Source: Carcharhinus amblyrhynchos | Taxonomy: Eukaryota | Assembly: GCA_965287045.1 (NCBI GenBank) | Contig: OZ336881.1 | Location: 50,344,001-50,408,000 of the forward strand | Direction: 5' to 3' | DNA length: 64,000 nt | Part shown: one piece after another, positions 12,885 to 24,693 of the stretch | How the letters are laid out: each line of letters starts with the position of its first letter | How positions within the stretch are numbered: position 1 is the first letter of the stretch | The notes under the pieces: model-generated | The model's database searches: none | What the model was told of the DNA's origin: nothing | Seen by the model: only the letters and a program-made list of their open reading frames with translations | Program-made: the position numbers and the translations under genes

Positions 12885-13150
12885 GTAGAGTCAGAGGGGC
12901 AAGTTTAAAGGAAATGTATGAGACGTTTTTTTACATAGAGGGTGGTGGGTGCCTGGAACCCATTGTTAGGGAGATAGTGGAAGTGGATACAGTTGTGACT
13001 TTTAAGGTGCGTCTTGACAAATACATGAATAGGATGGGAATGGAGGAATATTGTCTGTGATTTTAGTTAAGCTGGGCAGTATGGTTGGTGCAGGGTTGGA
13101 TGGCTGAAGGTCCTGTTCCTGTGCTGTAATTTTCTTTGTTCTTTGTTCTA
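12885..13150 (+). mobile_element. older CR1 3' fragment
   Basis: VEVDTVVTFKVRLDKYMNRMG plus 3' UTR and (TTCTTTG)n tail. Confidence 0.8.
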
Positions 13151-13366
13151 ATCCCCCTGGCACTAGGGTCAATTTAACATGGCCAATCAACCTAACCCTC
13201 ACATCTTTGGATTGTAGGACGAAACCGGAGCACCTGGAGGAAACCCACGCAGGCACAGGGCAAACATGCAAACTCCACACAGACCAGTGACCCGAGGCTG
13301 GAATTGAACCAGGATTCCTGTCGCTGTGAGGTAGCAGTGCTAATCGCTGTGTCACTGTGCTGCCCA
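13148..13366 (-). mobile_element. HE1-type SINE (head and V-domain)
   Basis: Reverse complement of the HE1 head and core. Confidence 0.88.
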
Positions 13367-13367
13367 T

Positions 13368-13510
13368 GATCACCATATCTCAGGTGAGGGGCAAGATTAA
13401 AAAGACGGAGCCTTCATGAATAACCTCAGTTTGTAGAAGAATTGAACTCATACAGTTGGTATTGCTCTGCATCACTAACCAGCTGTCCAGCCAACTGAGC
13501 TAAATCGACC
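13368..13510 (-). mobile_element. other tRNA-derived SINE fragment
   Basis: Reverse complement begins GGTCGATTTAGCTCAGTTGGCTGG (A box) and contains GAGTTCAATTC (B box). Confidence 0.6.
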
Positions 13511-15290
13511 TGACGGTAGGAGTAGTGAACAATGCACTCTCAGGCATGTTGCAAGAAAAGAAAAATCTAACCTTTGAGAAAACTATCCAGATTGTTAGGC
13601 AATCTGAACTCTGTTTGCCGCAGAGGTCCATTTCAAGCATCTAATGTAAACTCTGGTACAAAGTAAACCCCACAATCCAGTTAGTTAAACAGCACAGAAA
13701 CTGGGACACTTCAGGTGAAGGGAAGCAATGCCCTAACTGTTCAGTAGATCGATTATGCTAATACTGTGGAGAAAAGCGTGGTTAATGTCCTGCAATTTTG
13801 GGCCAGTGCTTTCAAGTCTACAGAATTGGACACTTCAGCTGTACAAACCAAAACATCTAAATGTACTGAAGGCCCAGAGAGGATTCACAAGAGGGTACAC
13901 CAAGAGGACACACGGCCCTTCTTCTTGGTTGAGGTCAAAGATCCAAAATTTTCATATTGGAATGTGAACATTTCGGTTAATGGCCATTTCACAAAGTTTA
14001 AATTGGACAAGGGAGCTAGTTTAATGGTCATATAGGACAAAGAATTGTGACTGAGAAACCTCTGGCTTTGAACTTCAGGCACATCAGTCTATGAGCCTAG
14101 AGGAATACGGCTTCTGCTCATTGGCGTAATCCTGGAACCACTAAGGTATGGCGGCAAACAAATTTTTGAGCTGATGTATATCATCTGCAACCATCCTTTT
14201 ATTCAATGGATGCCTAAATAGCCCTGAAGCACCTCAAAACAACAGAAGAGGTCAATATAACCACTGTTGTATGCCGTACCGGACCACAAGTTCCCAAGCG
14301 CTCAAACAAGAAAAAAAAAATTGACCGGGACTTCAGCTCTGAGCTGTCTTCTCTCTTTGCGAAGCAGGTTTGTTCATTTTCTTTGCAGGTGTCAAGTCAG
14401 ACCAGCCAACCACTCAGATGGTTACCATGACGCTTCCAGTGGAAGATTATCAAGAGAGAAATAAACAACTGGAGGAGCCTCAACATTCGGCTCTGACGAC
14501 TGTTAATGAGGTCAATACTGTGAGCAGAGAGCAGATGCTGCAACTCCCAGCCAGGATGACAGTACCACTGACGATACTGAAACCAAGTCGCAGCGAACAG
14601 CATGCCACACAGCCAAACACAAAGATTAGTTTAGTGAAACATACCATCTTATAGCAGGGAAGTTCCATCACAGAGGATATCATGATAACCCACACAATAA
14701 AAGAAGACATAGAAATGAGCACAACGTGCATCTACCCTGCAAGTTGTGAGATGGAATGACAGCAGCTGAATAACAGAATGGTTCCATAGCAAGGGATGGA
14801 AAAAGAGGATAAAAAGATTCCCAGGTGCCAGAACAAGTCAACAGTGCTGACCTGGAACAATATAGGCTATCATTCCTCCTACGGTATTGCAACTGAAATA
14901 TGGAAGGGTTGTAAGGCCACCAGACCTTTGAACCTATGAACTCAGGGATTTGAATGGAGTTGATGAGATAGTAATAATAATGAAAATACATGGTGTAAAC
15001 TAGAATAACTTGAATTACACTGGATTTGGGGGAAGATAGGTATAAGAGCCTGAATATATCAGCTTAACATGGGACTGAATACGATACCGTCACACAGTGA
15101 CGTGAGAGAATACATGACCCACATCTAGGTCAGTGTAGTGTTGGGCAGAGCTGTGTGCACAAGCAAGCATGGAGACAGCTCTTAATTTGAGCCATTATAT
15201 CTGTATATTGTTCTGGTAGTTAATAATATATACAGATAATCTAATTAAGACTGTGCAGGCTTTATTAAGACTCACCAAACTGTATCCAAC
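13511..15290 (+). mobile_element. internally deleted Gypsy-type LTR retrotransposon
   Basis: gag LTVGVVNNALSGMLQEKKNLTFEKTIQIVRQSE; decayed Zn knuckle (RIGHF); protease VNGHFTKFKLDKGAS (DTG-type); pol end YGRVVRPP; purine tract GGGGGAAGA at about 15027; LTR-like segment ending AACA at about 15290. Confidence 0.8.
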
Positions 15291-16454
15291 ATCCTACAAT
15301 AGTTACAAGTGCACAAACACTTAGACTGAAGATTTGATGGTGCCATCCCTGCTTTATAGGCATCCACATTTTCAGTATGGTGGGCAGAAGTGCATGCTCA
15401 TTGCAAACAAGAAGTGTCCTACCCACTGTGTGGACATATGTAGATAAAAGTTGTCCACATGTCACATTTGAGACAAGCACTTGTCCTTTTAAATATTCAA
15501 GTAAGGGGATTAATCCTTGATTTTGGTCCTGTCTGCGATATTAGTGTGACCAAAGGTACCAAGTGCAGAAAGCCAAGTCTGCAAATAGCTTAACACTGGT
15601 TCTTAATGAACCATTGCAAGCCATATCAGAAAGGTAAGTTCATTTAAAGAATACCTGAATGTGGAGCTGGGAGGAGCTGCTCCCCCTTATCTGGCAGTGT
15701 ACCAGTAGATTGCTACTGCTCATTGCTTACCCACCTGAATGCAACCACCCCATCACCCTGATAGTAGCTGTCAATCCGAGACCCCATTACTATGCTATTA
15801 GATTACTCCTCTTCCCACTGTGTCTCTGTCCCAATTTCACCCACCCCACTAACAACACCACACATCCCCCACCACCACTGCACCTCACCCACCCGCACCC
15901 CAATACCCTCTCTCCTAGTCCCATTTAAGGACCTTTTCTCTACTAGTTATTAGATCTATACAACTTGCTGGCTCAATGATAATGAGGCACAAGACCCAAC
16001 ATTCAATGTAAGTTGGACCTATCCATTCACAAATGGAAGCCTGTTGTCTTCCTGCATCCTAGTTTTTGGACATAAGAAAAATGTTGGATCTTGGTGGAAA
16101 CTTGTTCTCTCTGCAATTTTAGCAGAAGATACCATAATTTTTAAACCAAAGTCAAATCTAACCAATCAAATTTTTGATAGGGCTATTTACTGGTTGTATT
16201 AGACATTTTGACGTATAAGGTCTTGACTTAGAAAATAGGCAAAGGGTATGCTGCACACGATTGTTCATGTGACCATGTAAATTTTGTGCTAGGATCTCGT
16301 CTTCATAAATAAAATGTCCAGCCAACATAGCCATGCTGTTTATTGGCTGCAGACTGGAATTGGGGGATTACTTTTATTATTTAAAGGTAACCAGCAGCTC
16401 CGAGAGGCGAGGTGGATTCTGGTTGCAATCAGTCAGAAATGTTAACAGGGCTAA

Positions 16455-16640
16455 AATGCCTGCAGGAGGCTCTAGAGAGGGCTCACAGGTTCTCCGATGA
16501 AACAGTGACACTCTGGTCCAGGAGGGAGAAAGTCCTCAAGGCAACACTTCTGGGGACAATGGGAAGAGATTGGTGAAGAAAAGCCAAGGCTGCAAAGCTG
16601 TAAAAATTTCAATCGCCTCGGCAGAGTGGTCGCGATAAGA
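16455..16640 (+). pseudogene. Harbinger Myb/SANT-like gene remnant
   Basis: AHRFSDETV...QWEEI...CK.FNRL, spread over frameshifts, resembles APRFS..E/W.EI/CRKKFNDL. Confidence 0.5.
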
Positions 16641-17334
16641 ATTTTGCACAACAACCTCACTATTTAACTAAGGCAGGGCCATTCTCAAATCAGCTCACAA
16701 CGTAACATAGGCACAAGCACAGAAGTCAGGCACTGTGGGCTTGCACAAATTCAGTGGGTGCATTGTGATAGGAAGTTAAGTTTATTGGAGTACAGTTTTC
16801 TTTTTCTTGTCCAAAATATTGTTTGTGTAAGTTTGAAGGAACCAGAGCACTCACTGGCTTCCTGATTGCCTAGTCCCTAGTGCCCCTAGGCCTCGGCATG
16901 AGCCACATTGCTGAGGCCCTGACAGAGGAGTTGTAATGAAGTGCCTGATTGATATCCATAGCCTATCTGATTTATTCTGATGAATTTACTGGAGCCACTG
17001 GAGTCATGCCCGGCTTTGATGGGTAATAAATTTAGCCCTCCTATTTGAAAATGACTAGAGCTTCTGCTAAAATAGCAGAGAAGGAATTTCCATGTAATGC
17101 ACTTGTTATTTGTGCTGACATCCCACAAGATAACTTCATGAGCCAACTGATTTTACGTAGCCAACTACCTACCGTCTTTTCGATAACAACTCTCTTGATT
17201 TTGATTTACAAAACTTTCATTGCCTTTTCCTGCACTTCAGATCTAATATACAACCCAAGGTGTTTAATTTTGCCCAAGAGCCGTAATCTACCAATTCTGC
17301 TGATTGTCCCTTTAAGGGCAACACAACAGAGTAA

Positions 17335-17455
17335 GGCTGGAATTTCATCAGTTCGCCTGCCCTGCTTCCGGGGGCTCGGAGAATGGCATTCTCCATTGGT
17401 CTCAGGCGGGATGATACGAACCTCGGGAGAACTTACCAGTAAAATTCCTCCCTAA
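17335..17455. mobile_element. MITE-like element
   Basis: TAA-GGCTGGAATTT...AAAATTCCTCCC-TAA; flanking TAA is consistent with a PIF/Harbinger 3-bp target-site duplication. Confidence 0.65.
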
Positions 17456-17665
17456 GGGTCACATGGCCTGGGTGACCAATTGAGACTCACCCCAGGAGGA
17501 GGAGTTTCTCCTCAGCAGAGGTATTTCAGAATTAACTACAAACATGCTGCTGCTCTTGAAAATCATGAAATAATTCCTTTGCTGTTCACTAATAAAATCT
17601 CTGAACATGCATCATCACACCAATAAAGACTAAATTCAAAGGTTGGGTTATTATTCCAGCATTTA

Positions 17666-17786
17666 GGGGGGATTTCTCCCATCCCACCCACTCCGATTTT
17701 CATGGCAGGTGGATCACGCAAAGGTCCATTGACTTCGAGCGGGATTTTCCGGTTTTGGGGTGAGCAAGGCCAGAGAATCCCACCCT
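17666..17786. mobile_element. MITE-like element
   Basis: GGGGGGATTTCTC...GAGAATCCCACCC inverted termini; same internal CCATTGAC motif as other copies. Confidence 0.6.
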
Positions 17787-18195
17787 CAGTGTTAGCAGAA
17801 AGCTTAAGTACTGATGCATAAATTCTTCACAGAGGTCTTATTTTGAACATCTGAACAGGATTATTGGATGGAATTGTGTTCTGTTCCACAGAGCAGGCAG
17901 CAAGGTAGGCAGGGGAATGTCATTGAGTGAGAGGCCAAAAATCAGCTTCCTGACGGCAAATGTCAAGAAGTGCATTAGCATGTCACGCAAAATCATCAAG
18001 TAGCCAATTCACCAGAGTTAGGTTCCCTTCCCAATTAAGTTATCAAAAAGTGAGCCATATATGCCTTCAGATTTACGATTGCGTGCAACAGGTGACATTG
18101 TCAACTGGTCGGAAGTGGAATCGAGGCTGCTCTTTTTTCCCTCTTTGGGGGAAATTGTTCAATGAGGTGATTATTGCGAGGTGGTATGGTGATGG

Positions 18196-18500
18196 AGGAT
18201 GGCACAATGGTTGGCACTATTGCCTCACAATGTCAGGGATCTGGGTTCGATTCCGGCCTTGAGTGATTGTGTGGAGTTTGCACCTTCTCCCCGTGTCTGT
18301 GTGGGTTTCCTCCAGGTGCTCTGGTTCCTTCCCACTGTTCAAAAAGGTGCAGGTAAGGTTGATTGGCCATGCTAACTTGCCCCTTAGTGTCAGGGAGATT
18401 AGCATGGCAATTATGTGGGGGCTACACGGATAGGGCCTGGGTGGGATTATTGTCAATGCAAGTCTGATGGACCGAATGGCCTACTTCTCCACTGTAGTGA
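18196..18500 (+). mobile_element. HE1-type V-SINE
   Basis: Head, V-domain and tail. Confidence 0.9.
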
Positions 18501-18544
18501 ATCAGTGGCAAGGAGGCTGGCTAAGAGAGGGAGAGAGTCCAGGG

Positions 18545-18804
18545 GAGGAACTTCTTCACTCAAAGGGTGGTGAATCTCTGGAATTCTCTGCCCGTTGAAG
18601 TGGTGGAGGCTACCTCGCTAAATATCTTTAAGACGCGGGTTGATAGGTTTTTGATAGGAGAGGGGATTAAGGGTTATGGGGAGAGGGCAGGAAAGTGGAA
18701 CTAAGCAGCGACAGATCAGCCATGATCTTATTGAATGGCGGGGCAGGCTCAAAGGGCTGGATGGCCTACTCCTGCTCCTATTTCTTATGTTCTTATGTTC
18801 TTAT
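18545..18804 (+). mobile_element. young CR1/HER1 3' end
   Basis: Near-identical to 12461-12717; (TTCTTATG)3 tail. Confidence 0.95.
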
Positions 18805-18864
18805 GAGTGAGGGAGCCAGACAGGGAAGACAAGGATGCAGGGACTTGAGAGGGAAGGAAGGGAC

Positions 18865-20045
18865 TGTAGGGTTCCTGTGACTGGGTGAGGAATAGTGTTT
18901 CCAGCCAGAGATGGTGGGGGAGAGGTAGTCCTAAAGGGCAGGGTCAGTGCTGTCTGCACTGATATTCAGTGGTTGAACTGAAAGTACTGAGCAGTGGAGG
19001 GAACAGCCACAGTGAGAGGGTGCAATGGGGAGTGAGAGGGTAGCAGGTCCAGGGTTCAGGTCCAAGATTGGGTAATGGATAATCTCATTGTGGGGATGGG
19101 GGAGGGGTATCATGGAAATGGAAATATAAACAGTGCAGATGGGGGAGGGGTGAATTTGGGGTAGTATGAGCATGGGGATAGTAATGGGTTTAGACTCCAA
19201 CAGGAGAGTTACTTACTGGCTCCAGGTAACCTTGTACTTCTACTATCTGTGACCCACCTTGGTAGGAGATGGAGGGGTGCCAACTGCCTGCCCACCCCGC
19301 CACATGATTCAGCGTGATCGTTGCACATGCATATTAATGAGCTGAGCAGCATGAAATTGTGCGTGGTTGGCCATCTTTGAAAGACAGTTGTAGTTAATTC
19401 TACAACTACAATTATAGACGATGACTGTGCAAGTTCCTCATTCTCAGGTACCAGTCCAATTCCTGTTTTAAATTATTTACAGAATCAGCTTCCACCACCT
19501 TTCTCGGTAGAATATTTCAGATTCTGACATCTCTCAGAGTGAAAAAGACTCTCATCATTTTCCCTAGGTCCTTTACCAACAAGTTTAAATCAATAACCTC
19601 CCTTTACTGACAAAAGCCCCAGAGGATTTTTTTTTTCTTTAACAAAATCTCTTATTGTCTTGAAAACCTCTACCAGGTCACCTCTTAACTTTCTCTGCTC
19701 CAAGGAAAACCATCCTAACTTTTCCAACTTCTCCTTATAACTGAAGCCGCTCATCCCTGGTACTATTTTGGTAAGTCTCTCCTATACCCTTTCTACTGCT
19801 GTTAAGCTATACTTGAAGTTAAAGATAATGATTTTTGAATTTAGTGGCTGGAAAACCCCATGACAAGGTACGTGCCCCTAACCAACACCAATGACCCGTC
19901 TTACCCCATATGCCAAAGTACACTGCCCAGGCAATCCAATGATCCCCTATCCCTCTATGCCAACCTATGGCATTTCCATGTCCATTGACCAACTATACAC
20001 TGAAAAGAATTAATGGACCCTATAGTGACAATAGCATGTGCAAAA
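18865..20045 (+). repeat. local triplication, copy 1 (composite unit)
   Basis: Aligns end to end with 21085-22285 and partly with 22720-23623. Confidence 0.92.
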
Positions 20046-20204
20046 ACAAGTTTTTAAAAGTTATTCATTCATAACTTTCTGCAATGTTAGAAAAAGTCTT
20101 CACAACAGGGCAATAAAAATGTCAATCACCCAAAGCCTTTGAAATTTCAATTTTAAACCTGGAAGCACTTGAAACCTCTTAACCTTGTGTAAATGATCAT
20201 TCTT

Positions 20205-20945
20205 GGAGCTTGATATGGTTAGGTTATATGAGTGAGCAAAAGTCTGGCAGATGGAGTATAAATTAGATAAATGAGAAGTTGTTTATTTTGGCAGGTATAA
20301 TAAAAAAAAATCAGAATATGACTTAAATGGAGAACAACTGCAGAATTCTGAGGTACAGAGGATCTAGGTATTCTCATGCATCAATCACAAAAATAAGTCT
20401 GCAGGAACAGTAAATAACTAAAAAGGTGAATGAAACGTTATCCTTTATTATGAGAGGAATTGAACATAAAGGTAAGAATGCTTTACTTCAGTTGTACAGA
20501 GCATTGGTGAGACCACAGCTTGAGTACCGCGTGCAATATTGGTCTCCTTGTTTATGGAAGAATGTAAATCACTGGAAATGGGCAGTTTAGAGTAGGTTTA
20601 CTCGATTGGAACCTGAAATGAGTGAGTTGTCTTATAAGCAAAGGTTGGATATGATGGCCTTGCTTCCACTGGTGGTTAGAAGAATGATGGGTGACTTGAT
20701 TGATGTATCTAAGAGCCTGAACAATCTTGACAAGGTAGACATGGAAACAATGTTTCCCCTAGTGGGTAAATCCAGAACCAGGGAGCATGGTTTTAAAATT
20801 AGGGGTCATTCTTTCAGGGAAAAGTTTAGGAGAATTTTTCCCTCAGAGGGTTGTTGGCTTTGGAACTCTCTGTCTCAGAAGATGGTGGAGCTGGGGGTCA
20901 TTAATTATTTTTTAAGGCAGAGGTTGATGCATTCTCTTTAGGTAA
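20205..20945 (+). mobile_element. decayed CR1 ORF2 3' fragment
   Basis: LYRALVRPQLEY, LSYKQRLD, RRMMGDLI, SRTREHGFKIRG. Confidence 0.9.
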
Positions 20946-20973
20946 TGGAATCTTATAAGACAACCCGTTCAGG

Positions 20974-22320
20974 GTTTCAAATAGCTTTTCTTCTTTGTCC
21001 AGCTGACTGGCCTATGGTATCCTGGTTTTATCCCTCTACCCCTTCTTCAATAGTGGTATGAGATTAGCAACCCTGCACTTCGAGTGTAGGGTTCCTCTGA
21101 CTGGATGAGGAACACTGTTTCCAGCCATGGATGGTGGGGGAGAGATAGTCCTATGGGGCAGGCTCAGTGTTGTCTACGCTGACATTCAGTGGTTGAATTG
21201 AGAGTACTGAGCAGCAGAGGGAAGAGCCACAGTGAGAGAACATAATGGGGAGTGAGAGGGTGGCAGGTCCGGGGTCATGCATGGGTAATGGATAATCTCA
21301 TTGTGGTGGTGGGGGGCGGGGGCGGAGGCGGAGGAGGAGAAGGTATCGTGGAAATGGAAATATGGATGGTGCAGATGGGGGTGGGAGAGGTGAATTCCGT
21401 GCATCGGCATGGAAACAGTAGTGGGTTTAGGTTCCAACAGGAGAGAAGTCATTGCACTGGTTCTTGGTAACCTTGTGCTTCTGCTATCTGTGACCCAGCT
21501 TAGGAGGAGATGGAGGGAATGTCAACTGCCTGCCCACCCTGCCACATGATTCAGCATGATCCTTATGCATGCATATTAATGAGCTGAGCAGCATGAGATT
21601 ATGCGTGGCTGGCCACCTTTGAAAGACAGTTGTGTTTAATTCTACAACTACAATTATACCCGATGACTGTGAGAGTTCCTCATTCTCAGGTACCAGTCCA
21701 ATTCCTGTTTTAAATTATTTACAGAATCAGCTTCTACCACCTTTTTCGGTAGAATATTTCAGATTCTCACAACCCTCTGAGTGAAAAAGACTCTCCTCAT
21801 TTCCCCTAGATCCTTTACCAACAAGTTTAAATCAATCACCCCTCATTATTGACAAAAGTCTCAGAGGGAATTTTTTTTCTCTATCAAAATCTTTTATTGT
21901 CTTGAAAACCTCTATCTTTTAACTTTCACTGCTCCAAAGAGAACTATCCTAATTTTTCCAACTTCTCCTTATAACTGAAGCCTCTCATCCCTGCTACTAT
22001 TCTGGTAAGCCTCTCCTATACCCTTTCTACTGCTGTTAAGCTTACTTGAAATTAAAGAAAATGATTTTTGAATTTAGTGACTGGAAAACCCCATGCCAAG
22101 GCATGTGCCCCTAACCAACGCCAATGGTCCCTCATAATCCACATGCCAAAGTACGCTGCCCAGGCAATCCAGTGGTCCCCTATACACTCTATGCCAAGCT
22201 ATGGCACTTCCATGTCCCTTGACGAAATATACGACACAGAAAAGAATTGATGGACCATACAGTGGCAATAGGACATACAAAAAATAAGGCAGAGGTTAAT
22301 GCATTCTTGTTAGGTAAGGA
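20974..22320 (+). repeat. local triplication, copy 2
   Basis: Offset about 2220 bp from copy 1; includes an upstream CR1 piece shared with copy 3. Confidence 0.92.
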
Positions 22321-22610
22321 AATTTAAGGTTATTAGTGACAGGTGAAAACACAAACAGATCAACCATGATCATACTGAATGGGGGAGTAGGCTCGTGCAG
22401 TTGACTTCTGCTCCTATTTTGTACGGTTGCATTTTGAAATTGACAACAGAGATCAGAGAGCCAGAGCTGTCAAGCAGACAATGTTTTCTCTGGGATTCAG
22501 GTGTTTTAGTATTCTAGTGGATATCAGGGCTCTCATGTAAGGATACATAATGAAGCTTAGCCTAGCATCCAGCAATCCATTAGTCTGTTGCTACCTGAAG
22601 AAGAAAAATG

Positions 22611-23623
22611 GTTTCAACTAGCTTCCCTTCTTCGTTCGGCTGACTGGCCTATGGAATCCTGGTTTTATCCCTCTACCCTTTCTTCAATAGTGGTATGACA
22701 TTAGCAACCCTGTATATCGAATATAGCGTTAATGTAATTGGGTGAAGGACACTGTTTCCAGACAGGGATAGTGGGGGGAGAGATAGTCCTATAGGGCAGG
22801 GTCAGTGCTGTCTACAATAATATTCAGTGGTTGAACTGAGAGTACTGGGCAGTGGAGGGAAGTTTCACAGTGAGAGGATGTAATGGGGAGTGAGAGGGTG
22901 GCAGGTCCGGAGTCATGGTTAATGGATGATCTCATTGTGGGGGGAAAGAAGTTATCATGGAAATGGAAATATAGATGGTGCACCGGCAAGGGGGGGGGAG
23001 AGAATTTGGGATAGCATGAGCATGGAGACGGTAATGGGTTTAGGGTCCAACAGGAGAGAAGTCATCGCGCTGGCTCTAGATAACTCTGTACTTCTACTAT
23101 CTGTGACCCAGGCCTTATGAGATTGCTCAGGGTTGGCCATCTTTGAGAGGCAGTCATATTTAGTTCTACAACTACAATTATAGATGATGACTGTGCGAGT
23201 TCCTCATTCTCAGGTACCAGTCCAATTCCTTTTTAAAATTATTTATGGAATCAGCTTCTACCACCTTTTCCGATAGACCATTTCAGATTCTGTCAACCCT
23301 CTGAGTGAGAAAGACTCTCCTCATTTCGCCTAGATCCTTTACAACTAGTTTAAATCAATAACGTCTTGTTATTGACAAAAGCCCCAGAGGGGATATTTAT
23401 TTCTCTATCAAAACCTCTCATAATCTTGAAAACCTCTACCTGGTCATCTCTTAACTTTCACTATTGCAAGGAGAACTATTCTAATTTTTCCAACTTCTCC
23501 TTATAATTGAAACCTCTTAGCCCTGCTACAATCCTGGTAAGCCTCTCCTGTACCTTTCTACTGTTGTTAAGCTGTACTTGAAATTAAAGATAATGATTTT
23601 TGAATTTACTGGCTGGAAAACCC
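22611..23623 (+). repeat. local triplication, copy 3 (internally deleted)
   Basis: Offset about 1640 bp from copy 2; lacks roughly 115 bp after GTGACCCA. Confidence 0.92.
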
Positions 23624-23787
23624 AATTTCATGGTATTAGCAACCCTTTTATCCTCTGTCATCACTCCTGTATCAATGAGTATTGAGATATTTTGACCAAT
23701 GCCGCTACAATTTTTGTCTTTGCTTTTTTCCGGCAACCTGGAAAAGGTTCCATGTGGATCAGGTGACATGCCAAATTTTCATACTTC

Positions 23788-24002
23788 TAAAGCAGAAAAT
23801 GCAGGAAAACCTCGGCAGGTCCCACAGCATCTATGGGGAGAGGATAGAGCCAACATTTCGAGTCCGGATGACCCTTCATCAGAACTCATGAAGGGTCATC
23901 TAGACTCGCCTCCCCCCAGATGCTTTCAGACTTGCTGAGATTTTCCATCATTTGCTGTTTTTCTTTCAAATTCCAGCATCTGCAGAATTTTGCTTTTATT
24001 TC
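23788..24002. mobile_element. fold-back Penelope-derived element (family 2)
   Basis: GCAGAAAATGCAGGAAAA...CAGCATCT arm inverted against AGATGCT...TTTTCCATCATTTGCTG; central hairpin 23859-23908. Confidence 0.75.
23847..23886 (-). ncRNA. minimal hammerhead ribozyme motif (family 2)
   Basis: Reverse complement AGTT-CTGATGA-A-GGGTC ATCCG GACTC-GAAA-TG-TT-GGCT: both core boxes and stem II are intact. Confidence 0.7.
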
Positions 24003-24416
24003 AATAATTCTGGTTATTTTTGTTACACCTGCTATTATCCTTTCCATACCACCCCCTCCTCTTTTAGGGTAACCTTCGCATCTTTCCTTGTGAAGACCAA
24101 TGCAAAGTATTCATTCAATATTTTTGCCATTTCTCCTGCCTTTACACGAACGTTTCCCTTTAGGTCCTTAGTAGGCCTAACACTTTCCCTAAATCACAAT
24201 ACCTTGTATGCTTCTATTAAATGCTTTATGATTCAATTTAATGTTGCCTGCCATCCTTTTCTAGGAACCTCTCTCTGCCTATACTTCTAACTTTTTCAAT
24301 TATGCCCTGAACTTTTTGGAATCTTCTTTGCCAGGAACTCCATCTTGCCCATGCCATTACCATCAACCTCCTTTCTCAGTTTTATTTTAAGTCTTGATCA
24401 AATATTAATCCAATTT

Positions 24417-24693
24417 ATAGAATCCATACAGTGCTGAAAGGGGCCATTCGGCCCATCAAGCCTACACAGATAACAATCGCACCCAGGCCCTATCTCCCTA
24501 ATTCCATGTATTTACCCTGCTACTCTCCCTGAGGCTAAGCGGCAATTGGGCATAACCAATCAACCCGCACATCTTTGGACTGTGGGAGGAAACCCACACA
24601 GACACGAGGAGAATGTGCAAACTCCACACAGACAGTGACCTGAAGCTGGGATTGAATCCAGGTTTCTTGTAGCAGATCTAACAGTGCCACCAC
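24417..24693 (-). mobile_element. HE1-type SINE
   Basis: Tail, V-domain and degraded head in reverse orientation. Confidence 0.88.
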
